This document shows positions 26,025-32,000 of a stretch of DNA of 32,000 nt, one piece after another (position 1 is the first letter of the stretch; every line of letters begins with the position of its first letter). The DNA comes from Verrucomicrobiota bacterium (GTDB lineage: Bacteria > Verrucomicrobiota > Kiritimatiellia > UBA8416 > JABMPJ01), in contig JABGQM010000037.1 in assembly GCA_018648805.1 (NCBI GenBank), positions 1 to 32,000 of the forward strand. The letters are read 5' to 3'. The translations under genes were made by a program, and so were the position numbers. The notes under the pieces are model-generated. The model had not been told where the DNA came from. It searched no databases and saw only the letters and a program-made list of their open reading frames with translations.

Positions 26025-29000
26025 ATGCGTGGCTTTCGTTTTGCAGCTGTTGTTCTAGGTGTGTGTGGACTTCTGGCGGACCTGGTTCTGCCCGCCGCTG
26101 TGGCGGCCAAGCCGGCGGCCGAGGCACCGCAGGCCGATCCGGCCGAGGAACTCTATTTCAGCGCCAACGCGCTCTACAACCGCCGGCTTTACGAGCTGTC
26201 GGCCAGAGAATACCGCACCTTCCTCAAGGACTATTCCCGTCACAAGCGCAAGGCCAAGGCCGAACTCGGCTTGGCGCTGAGTCTGTATGCCCTGGGCGAC
26301 TACGCCGCGGCCGAACCGCTGCTGGCTAAGGCGGCCAAGGTTGGTAAGGACGAAATGGCCCAGCAGGTGGCGGTATTGCGCGGACAGAGTCTGCTCAAGC
26401 TCAAGCGGGCCGCCGAGGCGGAGAAGGTTTACCTGGCCGCCACCCGGACCAACAAGGGCCGCGCCCTGGCAGATGCCTGGGTCGGTTTGACCGAGGCCCG
26501 CTTTCAGCAGGAGAAGTGGAGCGACGTCATGTCCGCCGCGGCGGCCATGCTGAAGGCCGCCCCCACGCATCCGCATGCCGCACGCGTTCGCTTCCAAGAC
26601 GGTTTGGCGCGTTACCGCCTCGACAAATTCGCCGAGGCCGCCACCGTGCTTGAAAAGCTCAAGACGGTCAAGCAGGCACCCCTCCTGGTTCATCAGGCGC
26701 GCTTTCTCCTGGCCGAGTGCCGCCGCGAACTGGGTGAGCTGGACAAGGCCGCCGCAGAGTACACGGCCGCCGCGGCCGACAGCGAGGGCGCCTTTGCGGC
26801 CGAAGCTCGCTTCCGTCTCGGCTTTGTCCGCTTCGCGCAGAAGCGCTACGACGACGCGATCAAGGAGTTGAAGGCCTACCTCGCGGCCAACGCCACCGCA
26901 CCGCTGGCGCCGCGGGCCTCCCTTACGCTCGGTCAGGCCTATCTCGAAAAGAAGGCCTACAAGGAAGCCGAGGCCACGCTGACCCCCCTCGCCACGGCGG
27001 CCAAGCCGGATGTCGAGGCCGTCACCTGGCTGGCGCGCACCTACTCGCGCCAGCAGCGTATGGCCGATGCGGCGAAGGTTCTGGAGCGGGGCGTGCCGCA
27101 CGCGGCCAAAACGCCGCAGCTGCCGGGCATGCTCTTTGACCTGGGGCACGCGCAGCTGGCCCTGGAGCAGTATGCCCCGGCCGCCACCGCGTTCACACGC
27201 ATCACCGCGGAGTTCGCGGCGTGGGAACAGACCGCCGAGGCGGCCTATCTCGCCGCTCTGGCCCGGCATCGCGGCGGTGACTATGCCGGCAGTCTGACCG
27301 CCTGCACGACCTTTCCCGGCAAGCATCCCACACACACGCGCCTCCCCGATGCGGCCTTCATGCGGGCGGAGAATCTGCTGCTCCTTACCCGCGACGCCGA
27401 GGCGCTCAAGGCCTACGAGGGCTTTCTTGCGGCGCACGCCAAGCACACCAGCGTGCAGGCAGCATCCTTCCGCCTCGTACAGCTTCAGCACAAGCAGCAA
27501 GCCTGGCAGGCCGCCCTCGACCGCGCGATCCCTCTTGTGGCATCCACCGCCGCCACGGCGGGCAAGCCGGAAGGCGCCCTGTTCGCGCCCCTGCCTTTCC
27601 TGGTGGGCGACTGCTATTTCAATATCGAAAAGTGGGCCGATGCCATCACCCATCTCAAGACCTTCGTGGACAAACAGCCCACCGCGACCCATCGTGACGT
27701 AGCCCTCCTGAAACTTGGGCTGGCCTATTCGCATCTCGGCAAGACCGCCGAGGCCGTTAAGTCGCTCAGCGCCCTGGCCAGCGCCTATCCTAAGAGCGCG
27801 CAGCGTTCGGTGGGTCTGGTCGAACTCGGTCGCCTGCAGTACGAAGCCAAGCAGTATGCCCCGGCCCGTACCTCGTTCCAGGGCGTTAGCGCCACCGCGA
27901 CCGCCTCGGATGCATCGCGTGCTCAAGCGGCCTACTATCTCGGCTGGATCGCCCTGGCCGAGCAGAAGGACGCCGATGCGGCGACGCACTTCACGACCGT
28001 TATCCAGAAGCATGCCGCCAGTCCCCTCGTGGCTGATTCCCTGCTGCAGCTCGGCAGCGTGCAGCTCAAAACCAAGAGCTATCCGGCGGCAGCCATCACA
28101 TTGACCCGCCTGGTGAAGGAGTTTCCGCCGTATGAGAAGGCCGACCACGCGCTTTACAGTCTGGGCGTGTCCATGGCGCGGCAGGAGCAGTGGGCGGCCG
28201 CAGGCACCCATTTCACGGCGCTAGTCAAGAAGCATGCCGCCTCTGCGCTGCGCGACCGCGCGCTCTATGAAGGTGCCTGGTGCGCCAAGCGACAGGAACA
28301 GCCCGAGGCTGCCATGCAGCAGTATAGCGACCTGCTGCGCGACTTCCCGCAGAGTGAGCTGGCCGCCCGCGCCGCCTTTGAGCTGGCCGAGCTGGAGTTC
28401 GAAGCCGCCCGCTATGCCGAGGCGATCCAGCGACTCGACAAACTGCTGCCGCTGATCAAGGACAAGGATCTCAAGGAGCAAGCGCTCTACCGCCTGGCGT
28501 GGTGTCACTTCAACAAGGAGGATGCCGCCCGGGCCGCGGTCACGTTCGAGAAGCTGCTGGCCGAGTTTCCCAAGACCCGCTTCCTGGCCCACGCCGCCTT
28601 CCAGGCCGGCGAGGCACGCATGCAGCTCAAAGAGCACCCCGCCGCACGCACCCACTTTGCGAAGGCCGCTGCCCTGCCCAACGAGAAAGAGGTCCACGAG
28701 CTGGCCCTCCTGCGACTGGGCGAAACATGCGCCCTGACCCAGCAGTGGCCGCAGGCCGAGCAAGCCTACCAGGCCCTGCTCAAAACCTACGCACAAGGCG
28801 AATGGGCACGGCGCGCCCAGCTCGGCCTGGGATGGGCCCGTGAGAATCAACGCAAGTATGCGCCCGCGATCGAGGCCTACACGACCGTGGTCCGCGGCAC
28901 CCAGCGTGACGAAACCGCCGCGCGTTGCCAGTTCCAGATCGGGGAGTGCCTCTTTGCACTCAACAAGCATGACGAGGCCATCCAGGCCCTGGTCAAGGTC

Positions 29001-29186
29001 AGCGTGGCCTATGGCTATCCGCAATGGAGTGCCAAGGCGCTGCTCGAAACCGGCCGCGTCCTGGAGAAGCAGGACAAGCGCGATCACGCCCGCGAACAAT
29101 ATGAAGAAGTCGTGAAAACATATGCCGATAGTGATGCCGCCACGGTTGCCCGGGAGCGGCTGCAGGCATTGGGAACAGGCGAATAG
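26025..29186 (+). CDS. Large tetratricopeptide-repeat (TPR) protein, exported
   Basis: 1053 aa with signal-peptide-like N-terminus MRGFRFAAVVLGVCGLLADLVLPAAVAA; many TPR units (ELGLALSLYALGDYAAAEPLLAKAAK, ARFRLGFVRFAQKRYDDAIKELKAYLAAN, AYYLGWIALAEQKDADAATHFTTVIQKH, CQFQIGECLFALNKHDEAIQALVKV). Confidence 0.9.
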   Translation: MRGFRFAAVVLGVCGLLADLVLPAAVAAKPAAEAPQADPAEELYFSANALYNRRLYELSAREYRTFLKDYSRHKRKAKAELGLALSLYALGDYAAAEPLLAKAAKVGKDEMAQQVAVLRGQSLLKLKRAAEAEKVYLAATRTNKGRALADAWVGLTEARFQQEKWSDVMSAAAAMLKAAPTHPHAARVRFQDGLARYRLDKFAEAATVLEKLKTVKQAPLLVHQARFLLAECRRELGELDKAAAEYTAAAADSEGAFAAEARFRLGFVRFAQKRYDDAIKELKAYLAANATAPLAPRASLTLGQAYLEKKAYKEAEATLTPLATAAKPDVEAVTWLARTYSRQQRMADAAKVLERGVPHAAKTPQLPGMLFDLGHAQLALEQYAPAATAFTRITAEFAAWEQTAEAAYLAALARHRGGDYAGSLTACTTFPGKHPTHTRLPDAAFMRAENLLLLTRDAEALKAYEGFLAAHAKHTSVQAASFRLVQLQHKQQAWQAALDRAIPLVASTAATAGKPEGALFAPLPFLVGDCYFNIEKWADAITHLKTFVDKQPTATHRDVALLKLGLAYSHLGKTAEAVKSLSALASAYPKSAQRSVGLVELGRLQYEAKQYAPARTSFQGVSATATASDASRAQAAYYLGWIALAEQKDADAATHFTTVIQKHAASPLVADSLLQLGSVQLKTKSYPAAAITLTRLVKEFPPYEKADHALYSLGVSMARQEQWAAAGTHFTALVKKHAASALRDRALYEGAWCAKRQEQPEAAMQQYSDLLRDFPQSELAARAAFELAELEFEAARYAEAIQRLDKLLPLIKDKDLKEQALYRLAWCHFNKEDAARAAVTFEKLLAEFPKTRFLAHAAFQAGEARMQLKEHPAARTHFAKAAALPNEKEVHELALLRLGETCALTQQWPQAEQAYQALLKTYAQGEWARRAQLGLGWARENQRKYAPAIEAYTTVVRGTQRDETAARCQFQIGECLFALNKHDEAIQALVKVSVAYGYPQWSAKALLETGRVLEKQDKRDHAREQYEEVVKTYADSDAATVARERLQALGTGE

Positions 29187-29216
29187 GGGCGCCATAAAGC
29201 GCGCCGGGGAGTAAGA

Positions 29217-29972
29217 ATGATCCATCGTAGACCGAAATCCATACTGTTGATGAGCCTCCTGGCGGGACTTTTCGTGGTGACCGCCGTCATGGCACAGGTA
29301 GCGGCTGATCCCGCCGGTGATGGTCCGCCCGAACGGGAGAGCATGTTCGCCCTGATGCGCAAGGGCGGACCCGTGATGGTGCCGCTCGGCATCGCCTCGA
29401 TTGTCGCCCTGGCCCTCGCCATTGAACGCCTGCTCAGCCTGCGCCAGGTCAAGGTGATCCCGACCGGATTCATCCTGGGCCTGCGCGAGCAGATCACCCT
29501 CGATCCCGGCGGCGCCGGTGAGCACGGCATCCACTTCTGCGAGCGCCACGATGGTGCCGTGGGGCGCATCTTCAAGGCTGGCCTGCTCAAGCTGCACAAG
29601 GGCGAAGAGGCCGTTGAAAAAGCGGTTGAGGATGCCGGCAGTCGCGAAGTCGACAAGATGAAGCGCAGCCTGCGCGGCCTCTCCGTCATCGCCACCGTTT
29701 CGCCGCTACTGGGTCTGCTGGGAACAGTCTACGGGATGATTTCGGCTTTCCAGACCGCCACCGCGGTCGGCATGGGCAAAGCCGATGTCCTGGCCAAGGG
29801 CATCTACGAGGCACTGGTTACCACCGCGGCCGGGCTGACGATTGCCATTCCCGTGCTGCTGATCTTCCAGTATCTCAACTCGCGGGTCGATTCGCTGGTT
29901 GACGAAATCGACGAGATGGGGATTGAGTTCATGGCCTCCTGCGTGGACAACGACAAAGGATCAGACGCATGA
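29217..29972 (+). CDS. exbB: MotA/TolQ/ExbB proton channel family protein
   Basis: PLGIASIVALALAIERLLSLRQVKVIPTGF; RSLRGLSVIATVSPLLGLLGTVYGMISAFQTATAVGMGKADVLAKGIYEALVTTAAGLTIAIPVLLIFQYLNSRVDSLVDEIDEMG. Confidence 0.94.
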   Translation: MIHRRPKSILLMSLLAGLFVVTAVMAQVAADPAGDGPPERESMFALMRKGGPVMVPLGIASIVALALAIERLLSLRQVKVIPTGFILGLREQITLDPGGAGEHGIHFCERHDGAVGRIFKAGLLKLHKGEEAVEKAVEDAGSREVDKMKRSLRGLSVIATVSPLLGLLGTVYGMISAFQTATAVGMGKADVLAKGIYEALVTTAAGLTIAIPVLLIFQYLNSRVDSLVDEIDEMGIEFMASCVDNDKGSDA

Positions 29973-30382
29973 GAATTCGCAAGCCCCAGGAAGGCGACGC
30001 GGGCGTCATCAACATGTCGTCTCTGCTGGATGTCATGTTCATCCTGATCATCTTCTTCCTGGCCACCACCACCTTTCAGCAGGACGAACGCGACATCAAG
30101 GTCAACCTGCCCGAAAGTGCTGAAGGCCAGGCTCTGAGCTCCGCCGCCAAAGTGATTGTGATCAACGTTCGGGCCGACGGCACCTATGTCATGGCCAGCC
30201 AGGAAATTGCGGTAGAAGCCATGCAGACGGCGCTCTTCAACGCGATCCAGGCCGACCCGCAGCAGAAGGTGCTGATTCGCGGCGATCGCCAGGCCCTGCA
30301 TGGGCACGTGGCCATCGCGGTCTCGCTCTGCAAACGTGCCGGTGTCCACGAAGCCAACCTCGGTTACCAGTTACCCCGCTAA
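29969..30382 (+). CDS. exbD: ExbD/TolR family biopolymer transport protein
   Basis: INMSSLLDVMFILIIFFLATTTFQQDERDIKVNLPES...KVIVINVRADGTYVMASQEIAVEAMQTAL...QKVLIRGDRQALHGHV; ATGA overlap with exbB stop. Confidence 0.94.
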   Translation: MRIRKPQEGDAGVINMSSLLDVMFILIIFFLATTTFQQDERDIKVNLPESAEGQALSSAAKVIVINVRADGTYVMASQEIAVEAMQTALFNAIQADPQQKVLIRGDRQALHGHVAIAVSLCKRAGVHEANLGYQLPR

Positions 30383-32000
30383 TGAGTTCTAGCCCGCAGC
30401 CAAGACGCGTCCGCTTCCGCCGCCCGATCCGCATCATCGCGATCGCCGCCGGCGTGCTGCTTGCCGTGGCCGGCCTGTGGGCGCTGCTCGCGCCGGGCAC
30501 TGCATGGCGCTACTACAGCGACGGCATCGCGATCCACCGGCCTGCCCGCGCGAGCGTGGTGCGCCGGGTGGTCTGGGAAGACCCCGCCCTGGTGGCGGGC
30601 ACCTTCAACGAGGCCGCCGATACCTACGAGCCCTGTATTTCGGCGGATGGCCGCCGCATGATCTTTACGCGCGGCCGCGCCCGCAACAACGCCGACTTGT
30701 ATAGCTGCACTTGGAACGGCAAGGCGTGGGGCGATCCCGTGGCGTTGGATGATTTAAACACCGCGGCCGACGAGCTCGGCCCCGCCCTCAGTGATGACGG
30801 CCAGCTGCTCTACTTCTATTCGGATCGCGACGGCAGCCGCGGTGGCTACGACATTTGGATCGCGCGCTGGGACGGCTTCACCTGGGTGGCCCCGACCAAT
30901 GCCGGGGAGGCCGTCAACTCGGTTTTCAACGAGTATGGTCCCGCCCTGGCCCCCGGAGGCGACCGGCTCTTCTTCTCATCCAACCGGCCGCGCCGTGAGC
31001 TGACCGACGCCGAGCGGCGGGCCTGGCAGGCCACCTTGCGCGAGGTCACCTTTCAGACCGACTACGATATCTTTGCCGTCACAATTTTGCCTGACGCAGG
31101 CTCCAATACCACCGCCCTGGCCGCCCTGCCGCATTTCGGGGAGGGCGATCGCGTGGCGCCGCTCAACTCGATGCAGGACGAGGGCCAGGTGGTCATCACC
31201 CCGCGCGGTGACTTCCTCTATTTCAGCTCCAACCGCGAGGACGGCCGGGGCGGCTTCGATCTCTACCGCTCGCGCCTGCTGCATGGCCGCATCCTGCCGC
31301 CCGAAAACCTGGGCGCCCCGATCAATACACCCTCCAACGAGATGGATCCAGCCCTGCGCCTGGAAGGGTTCGGCCTCGTCTTCAGCTCGAACCGCGAGCA
31401 GGCCGACCGGCTCGACTACCGGCTCTACACCTCCACCTCGCGCGATGTATTTGTGGAGTACAATCTCTCCCGCTGGAATCTGTTGTGGTGGTCCCTCATG
31501 CGCGTTAAGTGGTGGCTGATCATCCTGCTGGGCGCCCTGGCCCTGCTGACCTACCTCGTGCGCAACGTCACCAACCCTGAGCTGCGCCACCGGCGCAGCC
31601 TGCTGCACACCTGTCTGCTCGTCTCGGCCCTGGTGCATGCCCTGCTCCTGTTTGTGCTGGGCTTCTGGATCATCTCGACCGAGGTGCTCAAGACCCTGGC
31701 CGATCCAGCCATGCAGGTGGCGGTCGACCTGGATGCCCTGGCGCGTGAAAAGATCTCGCTGGATATCCGTGAAGAAGTCACCGCGCTGCCCGCCACGGCC
31801 GATACGCTCGTGGTCGAACAGGTTGAACGGCGCATGCCGATCCCCGAGCTGGCCCCGCCGGACCCGGCTACTCAGCCGATCGTGGCGCAGTCGGTTGTGC
31901 AGCCGATGGCCTTTGAGCTCCCGCCCGAGCCACAACCGGTACCGCGCGAAGCGGTGGCCATGGTCACGCCCGAAACCGTTGCGCGGCTCCCCGAGCTGGA
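30382..32000 (+). CDS. PD40/TolB-like beta-propeller protein fused to TonB-like TM and proline-rich region (3' truncated by window edge)
   Basis: Not in the ORF track because it runs off the window; hand translation is open from ATG30382 (TAATG overlap with exbD stop) to 32000. Blades: YEPCISADGRRMIFTRGRARNNADLYSC, GPALSDDGQLLYFYSDRDGSRGGYDIW, GPALAPGGDRLFFSSNRP, VVITPRGDFLYFSSNREDGRGGFDLYRS, DPALRLEGFGLVFSSNREQADRLDYRLY; then two TM helices and a Pro-rich tail. Confidence 0.9.
   Translation, partial: MSSSPQPRRVRFRRPIRIIAIAAGVLLAVAGLWALLAPGTAWRYYSDGIAIHRPARASVVRRVVWEDPALVAGTFNEAADTYEPCISADGRRMIFTRGRARNNADLYSCTWNGKAWGDPVALDDLNTAADELGPALSDDGQLLYFYSDRDGSRGGYDIWIARWDGFTWVAPTNAGEAVNSVFNEYGPALAPGGDRLFFSSNRPRRELTDAERRAWQATLREVTFQTDYDIFAVTILPDAGSNTTALAALPHFGEGDRVAPLNSMQDEGQVVITPRGDFLYFSSNREDGRGGFDLYRSRLLHGRILPPENLGAPINTPSNEMDPALRLEGFGLVFSSNREQADRLDYRLYTSTSRDVFVEYNLSRWNLLWWSLMRVKWWLIILLGALALLTYLVRNVTNPELRHRRSLLHTCLLVSALVHALLLFVLGFWIISTEVLKTLADPAMQVAVDLDALAREKISLDIREEVTALPATADTLVVEQVERRMPIPELAPPDPATQPIVAQSVVQPMAFELPPEPQPVPREAVAMVTPETVARLPEL

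Noticed and set aside
26055-28211. 718-aa minus-strand ORF opposite the TPR gene
   Set aside because: Shadow ORF: the + strand has a signal peptide and clear TPR periodicity. Long antisense frames are expected with GC-rich third positions, and the minus translation shows no domain pattern.
28221-29597. 458-aa minus-strand ORF spanning the TPR/exbB junction
   Set aside because: Antisense shadow of two confident + strand genes; low-complexity Gly/Leu/Arg composition and no motif.
1-32000. CRISPR arrays, IS elements, integrases, phage genes
   Set aside because: No regularly spaced direct repeats, transposase or integrase motifs seen on either strand by eye.

Overview
High-GC bacterial chromosomal window with about 26 well-supported genes, including one running off the right edge. 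The standout is a compact hgcA-hgcB pair at about 11271..12571 (+). ORF 11271..12287 carries the HgcA cap-helix motif I-N-V-W-C-A-A-G-K, a corrinoid-binding N-terminal domain and about 5 C-terminal TM helices. ORF 12284..12571 is a 95-aa dicluster ferredoxin matching HgcB and overlaps the hgcA stop codon by 4 nt. The pair is the known determinant of anaerobic mercury methylation. It is flanked, co-directionally, by a nucleotide-sugar dehydrogenase upstream and a 4Fe-4S dicluster aldo/keto reductase downstream. Other content: tRNA-Thr(CGT); a HigBA-type toxin-antitoxin pair; cupin plus Fe-ADH; a CNBD-HATPase fusion; a KDPG-type aldolase; an AraC regulator divergent from a URO-D-family protein, followed by an IMPase and a DUF1638-type protein; a YhcC-like radical SAM protein; an NHL-type beta-propeller; an SrkA-like kinase; Na+-pumping decarboxylase subunits (gamma-beta-alpha); a Na/Pi cotransporter; a TIM-barrel isomerase plus MFS; an MBL-fold hydrolase; and a TPR/ExbB/ExbD/PD40 operon whose last gene fuses a PD40 propeller to a TonB-like TM and proline-rich region. 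No CRISPR array or mobile element was recognised. All assignments are from reading motifs; no database search was run.
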